DNA of 64,000 bases from Acidobacteriota bacterium (GTDB taxonomy: Bacteria; Acidobacteriota; UBA6911; RPQK01; JAJDTT01). The translations under genes and the position numbers were made by a program. Where the stretch lies: positions 4,896,001 through 4,960,000 of the forward strand of contig OZ253580.1 in assembly GCA_965263035.1 (NCBI GenBank). The letters are read 5' to 3'. Of this stretch, positions 1 to 8,948 are shown piece by piece (the stretch's first letter is position 1; each line of letters begins with the position of its first letter). The notes under the pieces were generated by a model. The model made no database searches, was not told the origin of the DNA, and was given only the letters and a program-made list of their open reading frames with translations.

Positions 1-115
1 TGCTCCGGCACCGCGCCGGCGCCGGCGTGGTCGTCCTGTCGGTCGGCAAGTCGAGGCGTTACCTGGTTCGATTTCGTTAGCCTGCATCAAACCCGGGGGA
101 GCACGCCCAGCGTAG

Positions 116-304
116 CCGGCGCTCGGGAGAATTCGACAGCAAGCGCATAACCCCGTTGAATCGGGTTCGGCCAGCTTACCCGGAGCGCCGCCCGGAAATC
201 CTGTCGACCGCATTCTTGTAGCGACGGCCAATACGCTGGTGACTCGCGACCGGAAACTTCCCGGGTACGGGCGCCACGGCCATGTGCAGGTTCTGGGATG
301 TTGA
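116..304 (+). pseudogene. C-terminal remnant of a VapC/PIN-domain toxin
   Basis: Frame reads ...LPGAPPGNPVDRILVATANTLVTRDRKLPGYGRHGHVQVLGC*, which resembles the PIN C-terminal pattern (H.DP.DR.I.ATA...LVTRD). In-frame TAG at 113-115 and no start codon; not in the ORF track. Confidence 0.7.
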
Positions 305-511
305 TGCAAGACGCTGAGGTCTCCGGCTATAAACCCTGACAACTATTCCACGCACTGACGTTCGCGCCAGTCCCGTTACCCCGCGAGGCGGCAACCACAC
401 ACTCCTGCAGAACCTGCTTCAATTGCGAGGCAGAGTCGGAAGGCGGTAGAATCCCGTTCCCTGATTGTGTCCGGGGACCGTCCGACCTCGGATCAGGGAT
501 TGGAGGACACC

Positions 512-1849
512 ATGTCAGAATCAACGAGGCGCAGCTTCATACAAGGTAGTGCCGCCGCGACGGCGGCCCTGTCGGGCGGATGGCCGGCCGTCCTGCACGG
601 CAGCGACGACCGGGTGGTCCGTCTCGGGTTTATCGGCGTCGGCGGGAGGGGAACCCACCTGTTGAAGCTGGTCCTGGCCCGGAAAGACACCCAGGTGAAC
701 GCGGTCTGCGACCTCCGAGCCGAGGCGGCGAACCGGGCCGCCTCCCTGGTGCGGGAATCGAGAGGCAACGATCCCGGAGTCTACGCCGGGGAAGATGACG
801 ACTTCCGCAAGCTCCTGGCGCGAGAGGACCTGGACGCCATCGTAGTTGCGACTCCGTGGCGCTGGCACACTCCCATGTCGGTGGCGGCCATGAAGGCGGG
901 CAAGGCGGTGGCGGTCGAGGTGCCGGCGGCCGTGACCTTGCAGGAGTGTTGGGATCTGGTCAACACCTCCGAAGCCACGAAAAAGCCTTGCATGATGCTG
1001 GAGAACGTCTGCTACCGGCGGGACGTGATGGCGGCTCTGAAGATGGTCCGGGACGGACTCTTCGGAGAGCTCATCCATTGCCAGTGCGGCTACCAGCACG
1101 ATTTGCGGGAGGTCAAGTTCAATCCTGGAGCCAAGTTTGGACCCGGCTCCAGGGGTGAGGCCAATTGGCGGACCCAGCACTCGGTCCAGCGCAACGGCGA
1201 CGTCTACCCGACTCACGGCGCAGGTCCCATGGCCAACTGCCTGGATATCGACCGGGGGAACCGGTTCGTGACTCTGACCTCGACGGCCACCAAGGCGCGG
1301 GGGCTTCAGGAGTACATTGTCCGCAAAGCAGGCGCGGACCATCCCAACGCCAAGATCCAGTTCGCCCTGGGGGATGTCGTGACTTCGGTGATCAAGTGCG
1401 CCCGGGGGGAGACTCTCCTGGTCAGTCACGACACCAACCTTCCCCGGCCCTATTCCCTGAACTTCCGGGTGCAGGGAACCCGGGGCATCTGGATGAGCGA
1501 CAACAAGTCGATCTACATCGAAGACCTCAGCCCCGAAGAGCACCGGTGGGAGCCTTTCGAGAAGTACCAGAAGGAGCATGATCACGCACTCTGGAAACGT
1601 TTCGGGGAACAGGCTGCAGGCGCGGGACACGGGGGGATGGACTTCTTCGTCGTCAACGGTTTCGTGGAAGCGTTGAAGCGGGGCCGGCCCACGCCCATCG
1701 ACGTCTACGAGTCGGCCTCGTGGAGCGCCATCGGTCCGCTGTCCGAGCGCTCCATCGCCCGGGGTAGCGCACCGGTTTTCTTTCCCGACTTCACCCGGGG
1801 ACAATGGGTCGTTTCCGAACCGACCTTCGGTCTGACTGACGAATATTAG
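512..1849 (+). CDS. Tat-exported Gfo/Idh/MocA oxidoreductase, GH109-like (NAD+-dependent alpha-N-acetylgalactosaminidase family)
   Basis: TRRSF Tat motif, GFIGVGGRG Rossmann motif, EVPAA, ENVCY, YPTHG and GHGGMD motifs; GGAGG RBS before ATG 512. Confidence 0.85.
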   Translation: MSESTRRSFIQGSAAATAALSGGWPAVLHGSDDRVVRLGFIGVGGRGTHLLKLVLARKDTQVNAVCDLRAEAANRAASLVRESRGNDPGVYAGEDDDFRKLLAREDLDAIVVATPWRWHTPMSVAAMKAGKAVAVEVPAAVTLQECWDLVNTSEATKKPCMMLENVCYRRDVMAALKMVRDGLFGELIHCQCGYQHDLREVKFNPGAKFGPGSRGEANWRTQHSVQRNGDVYPTHGAGPMANCLDIDRGNRFVTLTSTATKARGLQEYIVRKAGADHPNAKIQFALGDVVTSVIKCARGETLLVSHDTNLPRPYSLNFRVQGTRGIWMSDNKSIYIEDLSPEEHRWEPFEKYQKEHDHALWKRFGEQAAGAGHGGMDFFVVNGFVEALKRGRPTPIDVYESASWSAIGPLSERSIARGSAPVFFPDFTRGQWVVSEPTFGLTDEY

Positions 1850-1908
1850 AGAACCTCTCTCCGGGCTCGCGGCCGCCCGGCCCGAACTACGAAGAGGATC
1901 TTGCACCT

Positions 1909-3411
1909 ATGTTCGGACTGCATTGGCTGGATCTCACCACGCTTCTGGTTTACCTGCTGGGAGTCACCGTCGCGGGTCTGTGGGCGGCCCGGAAGGTCAC
2001 CAACCTCCACGACTACTTCATGGGGTCCCGCAAGTTCGGGAAGGCGTTCATGGTCATGCACGCCTTCGGGACCGGGACCCATACGGACCACGCCGTTACC
2101 GTGGCCGGCGCCTCCTACCGGATGGGGATGGCGGGGATCTGGTACCAGTGGCTCTACCTCTTCGCCACGCCCTTCTACTGGCTGGTGGCGCCCCTCCTGA
2201 GGCGGATGCGCTACCTGACCACCGCCGACTACTTCGAAGACCGGTTCAGTCCTGCCCTGGCCATCCTCTACACCATCTACGGCCTGCTCTATCTCTCCCT
2301 GCAGATCGGTCTCATGCTCCTGGGAACCGGGAAGGCGGCCAACGCCATCTCGGGCGGTGCCATAAGTCCCGAGTTGGCCATCGGCGTCATGACCATTCTC
2401 TTCCTCAGCTACGGTCTGCTGGGAGGTCTCCCGGCGGCCGTGGTCACCGATTTCATCCAGGGCTTCTTCATCATCGTCCTCTCGTTTCTGCTGCTCCCCT
2501 TCGTGATGGAGGCGGTGGGCGGATTCACCGGACTGCACCAGAAGGTGCCGGAGGAGATGTTCAGCCTGATGGCGCCGGGCGACCCTCCGGCGGGCTACGA
2601 TCGGGTCACGCCCTTTTACATCTTCATGATCGTCATCAACGCCTTGGTCGGCATCGTGGCCCAGCCCCATCACATGGAGATCGCCGGGGCGGGGAAGACG
2701 GAGCTGGAGGGCCGCATCGGATTCACCTTCGGCAACATGCTCAAGCGAATCTGCACCCTGGCCTGGGCCCTGACCGGTGTGGCCTGCATTGCCCTCTATC
2801 CGGACCTGGCCGATTCCGAGCACGCCTTCGGGCTGGCCAGCCGGGATCTGCTGCCCGTGGGACTGGTGGGTGTCATGCTGGCCTCCATGGTGGCGGCCGC
2901 CATGTCCAGCTGCGACTCCTTGATGGTGGACGGCTCGGCCCTCTTCGTGAAGAACGTCTACCAGCGTTACCTGCGGCCCCAGGCATCGGTCCGCCATTAT
3001 CTGAATGTGGGCCGGCTGGTCGGAGTCGCCGTGGTCATGGGCGGGATCGTCGTCGCCACCTACGCCACCACCGTAGTGGGAATTCTCAAGCTGACCTGGT
3101 CGCTGGTGGCCTTCTTCGGGATCGCCTTCTGGGGCGGGGTATTGTGGCGGCGCTGCAACGCCTATGGAGCCTGGGCGGGGATTCTGGTATCGGCCCTTCT
3201 CTGGTATCTTTCCCGCTTCGTCTGGGGCTGGGAACTGCACCAGCAGTTCCTGGTCTACCTGCTGGGCGGGTTCTTCTGCATGATCGTCGTCAGTCTCCTC
3301 ACGCCGCCGGCGGATCAGGATCGGCTGAACCGCTTCTACGCCATCCTGCAAACGCCTGTGGGAGAGGAGCATCGCCTGCGGGAAGCGGGCATCCGGCTGG
3401 ACAGGGAGTGA
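1909..3411 (+). CDS. Sodium:solute symporter (SSS family)
   Basis: About 13 hydrophobic segments; DYFMGSR, TTADYFEDRF, GGLPAAVVTDFIQG and AAAMSSCDS motifs. Confidence 0.9.
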   Translation: MFGLHWLDLTTLLVYLLGVTVAGLWAARKVTNLHDYFMGSRKFGKAFMVMHAFGTGTHTDHAVTVAGASYRMGMAGIWYQWLYLFATPFYWLVAPLLRRMRYLTTADYFEDRFSPALAILYTIYGLLYLSLQIGLMLLGTGKAANAISGGAISPELAIGVMTILFLSYGLLGGLPAAVVTDFIQGFFIIVLSFLLLPFVMEAVGGFTGLHQKVPEEMFSLMAPGDPPAGYDRVTPFYIFMIVINALVGIVAQPHHMEIAGAGKTELEGRIGFTFGNMLKRICTLAWALTGVACIALYPDLADSEHAFGLASRDLLPVGLVGVMLASMVAAAMSSCDSLMVDGSALFVKNVYQRYLRPQASVRHYLNVGRLVGVAVVMGGIVVATYATTVVGILKLTWSLVAFFGIAFWGGVLWRRCNAYGAWAGILVSALLWYLSRFVWGWELHQQFLVYLLGGFFCMIVVSLLTPPADQDRLNRFYAILQTPVGEEHRLREAGIRLDRE

Positions 3412-3413
3412 CC

Positions 3414-3533
3414 ATGTGGGGTCTGGAGCTCGGCAAGCCCTCCAAGCAGACGGTGGTGGGCTTTCTGCTGGCCTGGGCGTGCGTCATCGTCATCATCCTG
3501 GTCACCCTGGTCCTGGTCCGGATCGGGGCCTGA
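3414..3533 (+). CDS. 39-aa single-TM small membrane protein
   Basis: ATG 3 nt after the SSS stop with GGGAG upstream; MWGLELGKPSKQTVVGFLLAWACVIVIILVTLVLVRIGA*; GC3-rich codons. Confidence 0.7.
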   Translation: MWGLELGKPSKQTVVGFLLAWACVIVIILVTLVLVRIGA

Positions 3534-3565
3534 TCCACGGGGCGCAACTGCGGGAGGGTAAGACC

Positions 3566-4672
3566 ATGGCCCGAGAACCCATCATCGATTGCGACGTCCA
3601 CCACGCGATCGCCGAACCGGAAGAACTCTTCCCCTACCTACCTCGCGACTATGTGGAGCACATCCAGGACTTCGGCCTGATGATGCCCGGCGGCTTCTCC
3701 ACCGGCTACACCAACATGCCGAAAGGAGGCGCCCGGGTCGATGTCTGGGACGGTGACATTCATCCCGCCAACAACATCGACATGGCTCGGAAACGACACT
3801 TGGACGAGTATGGAGTGGCGGCAGCGGTCCTTACCGGCTCGACGGTGTACGGAGCTTCGGTGCATCCCAACGTGGATTACGCGGCCGCCCTCTGCCGCGC
3901 CTTCAACGACTGGACCCTGGACACCTGGATCGCGGCGGACCGCCGCTTTTTTGGTTCCATATCGGTCTCTGCCGCAGACCCATTCCAGGCGGCCCAGGAG
4001 ATTCACCGGCTGGGCAAGCACCCGCGAATGGTCCAGGTCATCATTCCCGCGGGCGCACGGATGCCCTTCGGAAATCGCTTCTACCATCCCATGTACGAGG
4101 CGGCCCACGAGTACGGCTTGCCCGTATGCGTCCACTTCGGCTCCGAGGGGACGGGAGTTTCGGGTGCTCCCACCGGAGTCGGATACCCTTCCTACTACCT
4201 GGAGATGCGGATGGCCCGTCCCCAGACCGCCATGGCGCACGTGTCGAGTCTCATCTGCGAAGGGGTCTTCGAGAAGTTTCCCAACCTTCGGTTCCTCTTC
4301 GTGGAGCACGACACGTTCTGGGTTCCGGGGCTCATGTGGCATATGGACGCGGACTGGAAATCGACGCGGGAGTATATCCCATGGGTCAAGCGGCCCCCCA
4401 GCGAGTACATCCGCCGCAACATCCGTTTCGGTACCCAACCGATGGAACAGCCTCCGAGCCTGGACGACCTGAAGGTCTTTCTCCGCTGGTTGCACGCCGA
4501 TGAGATCCTGGTCTTCGGCAGCGACTATCCGCATTGGGACTGGGATGCCCCGGACCGGGTGCTGCGAGGCGTGTCTCCGGAGTTGAGGCGGCGGGTCTTC
4601 TACGAAAACGCCCGGGAGCTCTACGGTGACCGGCTGGGCGACCTGGACTCGGCTTCCAACGGGAGAGGGTAG
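3566..4672 (+). CDS. Amidohydrolase_2 family metalloenzyme
   Basis: DCDVHH, RAFNDW, VHFG, EGVFEKFPNLRFLFVE and GSDYPHWD motifs; GGGAGG RBS. Confidence 0.9.
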   Translation: MAREPIIDCDVHHAIAEPEELFPYLPRDYVEHIQDFGLMMPGGFSTGYTNMPKGGARVDVWDGDIHPANNIDMARKRHLDEYGVAAAVLTGSTVYGASVHPNVDYAAALCRAFNDWTLDTWIAADRRFFGSISVSAADPFQAAQEIHRLGKHPRMVQVIIPAGARMPFGNRFYHPMYEAAHEYGLPVCVHFGSEGTGVSGAPTGVGYPSYYLEMRMARPQTAMAHVSSLICEGVFEKFPNLRFLFVEHDTFWVPGLMWHMDADWKSTREYIPWVKRPPSEYIRRNIRFGTQPMEQPPSLDDLKVFLRWLHADEILVFGSDYPHWDWDAPDRVLRGVSPELRRRVFYENARELYGDRLGDLDSASNGRG

Positions 4673-4684
4673 AGGGAAGTCGGG

Positions 4685-5050
4685 ATGCGGCACCACGTGG
4701 GGAAGGTCGAGGATCTGCCTCCCGGCTCCAGGAAGATCGTCCCACTCGGCGGCCGGAGCGGCATCGGCGTCTTCAACGTCAGCGGCAAATACTACGCCGT
4801 AAAAAACGTCTGCCCTCACCAAGGAGGGCCCCTCTGCCTGGGACGTCTCCGGCCCCACGTCGGTTCCAGCGGCCCCTACCACGTCACCTGGGAGCGGGAG
4901 GGCGAAATCCTCAAGTGCCCCTGGCACAACTGGGAGTTCGACCTGAAGACGGGCCGGGCCCTCTACGACCCCCGGTTGCGCGTGAGGGCGTACCGGGTGA
5001 CGGTCGAGGGAGATGACATCTATCTCCACCTGACCCGGCCGGAGGGGTGA
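4685..5050 (+). CDS. Rieske [2Fe-2S] ferredoxin
   Basis: CPHQGGPL ... CPWHNWEFDLKTG Rieske motifs. Confidence 0.92.
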   Translation: MRHHVGKVEDLPPGSRKIVPLGGRSGIGVFNVSGKYYAVKNVCPHQGGPLCLGRLRPHVGSSGPYHVTWEREGEILKCPWHNWEFDLKTGRALYDPRLRVRAYRVTVEGDDIYLHLTRPEG

Positions 5051-5053
5051 CTT

Positions 5054-5200
5054 GGAGGGGGGACAGTCTTGTCCCCCACTCTTCCTCCACGTTCAATTAG
5101 GCGCCCTCTTCTGTCCCCTTGTGGGCGCCCTCTTCTGTTCGAATCGGAACAGGGCGCGGCCAGATGAAGAAGTCGGCGGCAAGAAAGCCGCCGCTCCTAC
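5054..5200. repeat. REP/REPIN-like palindrome cluster (GTAG family)
   Basis: GGGGGAC-N5-GTCCCCC hairpin (5054-5077); 15-bp direct repeat ggcgccctcttctgt (5100, 5124); CGGCGGC-N6-GCCGCCG-CTCCTAC (5174-5200). The same end pair occurs at 58142-58204. Confidence 0.65.
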
Positions 5201-5733
5201 TCTCCCAGCTCGTGGCAGAGATGGCATTCGGTGGAAACGGAGGAGGCCTGGTGGCAGTTCATGCACATCTCCATGTTGCTGGAGACCTCCTGGGCCAGAA
5301 CCTCTCGTCTCTCTACGGGACCGTGGCAGGACTTGCAGGGAAGCTGGGCCTTCACATGACTGGCGTGACTGAAGAAGACGAAGTCGGGAAGCTGGTAGAC
5401 TCGGACCCATTCGGGTTCCTTGCTCTCACGATGCAGGGCCTTTAACGCCTGAATACCCGGGTGGTTCTTGCGGACGCTGTCGTGGCAGGTCAGGCAGACG
5501 GCCGGCGCCGGAAACTTGGCTCGCTCCCCCTCGGATGCTCCGGAATGACAGCCTCCGCAGGTCAGGCCGAGGCGGGAGTGGAGCTTGTGGCTGAAGGGGA
5601 TCGGCTGAGGCGCCACCACACGGGGAAGATTCTCCTTCTTTCCCCGGTACTGGGGCACCACCTGGGCGAGACCAGGCAGCGAGGAGCAGGGAAGGGTCAA
5701 GAGGCATAGCCACCCCAGCCGCTTGGCGTGCAT
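5197..5733 (-). CDS. Secreted pentahaem cytochrome c (ActA/cytochrome c3-c7-like)
   Basis: Signal peptide; five CxxCH motifs (CGGCH, CLTCH, CKSCH, CMNCH, CHLCH); QPIPFSHKLH and WVRVYQLPDFVFFSH motifs. Confidence 0.85.
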   Translation of the reverse strand: MHAKRLGWLCLLTLPCSSLPGLAQVVPQYRGKKENLPRVVAPQPIPFSHKLHSRLGLTCGGCHSGASEGERAKFPAPAVCLTCHDSVRKNHPGIQALKALHRESKEPEWVRVYQLPDFVFFSHASHVKAQLPCKSCHGPVERREVLAQEVSSNMEMCMNCHQASSVSTECHLCHELGE

Positions 5734-5943
5734 CGGCAGATAGTAACATCACGCCGACGTCTCTTCTCTCACCCCTGTCGGGCAGTTGAACTGCCTGTGG
5801 CCGCCGGATAAAGTCAGGGCAGACTTATGCTTGATTCAGATCTTGCCGCTTCGTCCTGTGGAGCACGCCGCTCCGACCCCGGTTTCCCATGCCCAACCGA
5901 CAGGTTCGTGGGTCGTATCCAATGGACGGTCACACGGGCGGTA

Positions 5944-8934
5944 ATGGCAGGCCTTCACATGCTGCTCCTGGCGGTAACGCCTCTCCTGAGCGAATCCGCA
6001 CCGAAGACTTCGGCCGGAGAAGTCTCTTCAGTCCTTCAGAAGTGCCAGGTCTGCCACCGTGGGGTCGGCGCCATGGCCGGTCTGGATCTGACGACCCGGG
6101 GCGGGGCCCTACTGGGTGGGAGTTCCGGCCCGGCGTTGGAGCCGGGAGCCTCCGCGAAGAGCCTCCTCTATGAGAAGGTCCGATCCGGCGAGATGCCCCC
6201 GGGCGGTCCCTTGTCGAAAGCGGAAGTGGACTCGGTCCGGCACTGGATCGATCAGGGCGCCGCCTGGCCGGCTGGAGACCCGGACGCATCCCAGGCCGGA
6301 GCGGCTTCGCCCGAACCGCTCTGGTGGTCTCTGAAGCCGGTTCATCGCCCGGCCATACCCTCGGTGAAGCGGGGAGCATGGGTCGGGCGACCCATCGACG
6401 CCTTCATCCTGGCAGCTCTGGAGGAGCGGGGGCTGGAGCCTTCTCCGCCGGCGGCCCGGGAGGTGTTGATCCGGCGGGCGACGTTGGATCTGCTGGGGTT
6501 GCCCCCCACGCCCGGGGAGATCGAGGCGTTCGTCTCAGACACCTCGCCCCGAGCCTACGAGAATCTGGTGAGCCGCCTGCTGGCCTCGCCTCACTACGGC
6601 GAGCGCTGGGGCCGGCATTGGCTGGATCTGGCCCGTTTCGGGGAAAGCCAGGGCTACGAACGGGACAAGATCCGGGACCATGCCTGGCCCTACCGCGACT
6701 ATGTGATTCGCAGCTTCAATCAGGACAAGCCCTATGCCCGGTTCATCCTGGAGCAGCTCGCCGGAGACGTTCTGGAGCCTCGGACCCGGGACGGGGTCGC
6801 GGCCACCGGTTTCCTGGTCGCGGCTGCCTGGGACGAGGTGGGGAACACGCAGCAGAGCGACCTCATGCGAGCCCGGGTCCGGGCCGAGGAAATGGAAGAG
6901 ATGGTGGGGACGGTGGCCCAGACCTTCCTCGGCATGACGGTCAACTGTGCGAGATGCCATGACCACAAGTTCGACCCCATCTCCCAGCGGGACTACTATC
7001 GTCTGAAGGCCTGCCTGGACGGAATCCGGCCCGGAAACCGGCCCTGGATGACGCTGGCGGAGACGGCCGCCCACAAGGAACGAACCGAGCCTCTCACGGA
7101 TGCAATCCGTCTCCTGAAGCGGCGTCTGGCCCAGCTTCAGGACCAGGTCCGGGAGCGGGTCCTGAGGAAGCGGGGGATCGCTCCGCAACCAGTCCCCGAA
7201 CCCATCTCTCGTTGGACCTTCGACCTGAACGGGATCGACTCGGTTGGTGACGGGCATCTGTCCCTGGAACCGGAAGCGTTGGCAGAAGATGGCGGTATCC
7301 GGTTCGAGGATGGCGCCATCCGGATCAAGGACGCCGAGGGCCGATCCGAGGCGTTGCCCGTAGAACTGTCGGAAAAGACACTTGAGGCATGGGTCCGGGT
7401 CTCAAAAGAGAACCACGAATTCCACTTCTTCAAGGTCGACGATACCGATTCGCCGCTGCCCAGGGGGAGGTTCGATGCCATCTACTACCACCACAAATCC
7501 CGCTCCTGGCGAAACCTGAGCGAGTTCAAGAATCGCACCGTCGATCCCGAGCGGCCCAAGGAGACGAAGACAGAGACTCCGATTCACATCGCCATTGCCT
7601 ATGACTCCCAGAGCCGGATCCGAATCTACCGTGAGGGGCTGCTCTATTGGGCCCAGGATCCCAAGGGAGAGGGTCCCGAGTCCGCTCTTCAAGTCTTTTC
7701 CCGGGGCCGGGCCAGGGTCGTTTTCGGCGGGAGCAGGACAGGGGCGGTGGAGGAAGCTCGGCTCTACGATCGGGCCCTGGGCTCGGAGGAGATCGCTGCC
7801 TCCTTCCGGGCCGGCATCCAGCGGGTCACTCCCGAGGAGTGGAACGCCGAGGCCAGCTCTCAAGAGCGGCTCACCGGAGATGAACTGCTGGAGGAGGTGG
7901 CTCGTCAGGAACGGTTGCTGGAAGGTGCTGCCCCGGTTCCCCTGGTCTACGCCGTCCGGACTTATTGGGCTGCGCCGCCGGTGGTCATGGAGCGGGGGGA
8001 CCCGGCGACGCCGGGCGACCCGGTCGTTCCCGGAGGCCTCCTCGCCATCTCTTCTCCGGAGCCGGAATTCGGATTGCCTCCCGATGGGCACGAGGGCCAG
8101 CGCCGGCTTCGCTTGGCGCAATGGATCACCGACCCGGACCATCCCCTCACGGCGCGTGTCCTGATGAACCGGGTCTGGCACTATCACTTCGGGCGGGGAA
8201 TCGTCTCGACCCCCAATGATTTCGGATTCAACGGCGGCCGTGCCTCACACCCCGAGCTTCTGGACTGGCTGGCACAGTCCTTCCTCCGGCAAGGGGGCAG
8301 CGTGAAACAGTTGCACCGGGAGATCATGCTCTCCAACACGTACCAACAGTCGTCGGGGTTCCGGGCGGACGCGGCGGAGGCCGACGCGGAAAACAGGCTG
8401 CTCTGGCGCTTCTCCCCCCGGCGACTGGAGGCCGAAGTGATCCGGGACTCGTTGCTCGCCGTCAGCGGCCGCCTGAACCGGGAGTTCGGTGGACCCGGAT
8501 TCCGCCCCTTCGAGGTGAAGTTTTTCAACAGTCACTTCTACGACCTGGTCGACTCCGCCGAGCCGCCGATGCGGAAACGCACCGTCTACCGGATCGTGGT
8601 CCGATCTGGGCACGATCCCATGTTGGAAGCGTTCGATTGCCCTGACGCCTCCAGCAAGGCGCCTCGCCGGAGCAACACCACGACGCCCATCCAAGCCCTG
8701 GCGCTCATGAACAGTCCCTTCGTGCTGCGCCAGGCGGATCATCTGGCCGATCGGCTCCGCCGGGCGCTTCCCGGCGACAGCGCGGCGCAGATCGACTTGG
8801 CCTATCGACTGGCCCTGGGAAGACCCCCCAATCCGCAGGAATCGGGCCGGGCCGCGGCCCATGCCGGCGACCAGGGCCTGGAGAGCTTCTGCTGGGCGCT
8901 CCTGAACTCGAGCGAATTCCTCTACCTGAATTGA
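5944..8934 (+). CDS. Planctomycete cytochrome C + DUF1549 + LamG-like + DUF1553 (PSD1) protein
   Basis: CQVCH, YGERWGRHWLDLARF, CARCHDHKFDP, PLTARVLMNRVW and SHPELLDWLA motifs; internal TLEAWV...EARLYDRAL LamG-like segment. Start codon uncertain (5827-5944). Confidence 0.85.
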   Translation: MAGLHMLLLAVTPLLSESAPKTSAGEVSSVLQKCQVCHRGVGAMAGLDLTTRGGALLGGSSGPALEPGASAKSLLYEKVRSGEMPPGGPLSKAEVDSVRHWIDQGAAWPAGDPDASQAGAASPEPLWWSLKPVHRPAIPSVKRGAWVGRPIDAFILAALEERGLEPSPPAAREVLIRRATLDLLGLPPTPGEIEAFVSDTSPRAYENLVSRLLASPHYGERWGRHWLDLARFGESQGYERDKIRDHAWPYRDYVIRSFNQDKPYARFILEQLAGDVLEPRTRDGVAATGFLVAAAWDEVGNTQQSDLMRARVRAEEMEEMVGTVAQTFLGMTVNCARCHDHKFDPISQRDYYRLKACLDGIRPGNRPWMTLAETAAHKERTEPLTDAIRLLKRRLAQLQDQVRERVLRKRGIAPQPVPEPISRWTFDLNGIDSVGDGHLSLEPEALAEDGGIRFEDGAIRIKDAEGRSEALPVELSEKTLEAWVRVSKENHEFHFFKVDDTDSPLPRGRFDAIYYHHKSRSWRNLSEFKNRTVDPERPKETKTETPIHIAIAYDSQSRIRIYREGLLYWAQDPKGEGPESALQVFSRGRARVVFGGSRTGAVEEARLYDRALGSEEIAASFRAGIQRVTPEEWNAEASSQERLTGDELLEEVARQERLLEGAAPVPLVYAVRTYWAAPPVVMERGDPATPGDPVVPGGLLAISSPEPEFGLPPDGHEGQRRLRLAQWITDPDHPLTARVLMNRVWHYHFGRGIVSTPNDFGFNGGRASHPELLDWLAQSFLRQGGSVKQLHREIMLSNTYQQSSGFRADAAEADAENRLLWRFSPRRLEAEVIRDSLLAVSGRLNREFGGPGFRPFEVKFFNSHFYDLVDSAEPPMRKRTVYRIVVRSGHDPMLEAFDCPDASSKAPRRSNTTTPIQALALMNSPFVLRQADHLADRLRRALPGDSAAQIDLAYRLALGRPPNPQESGRAAAHAGDQGLESFCWALLNSSEFLYLN

Positions 8935-8948
8935 TACGGGAAGACTCC

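Noticed and set aside
521-1906. Long antisense and alternate-frame ORFs throughout (e.g. 521-1906, 1846-3372, 13137-15050, 30502-32181, 39564-41003, 58289-59863)
   Set aside because: Shadows of real genes caused by high GC3 codon bias; no recognisable motifs.
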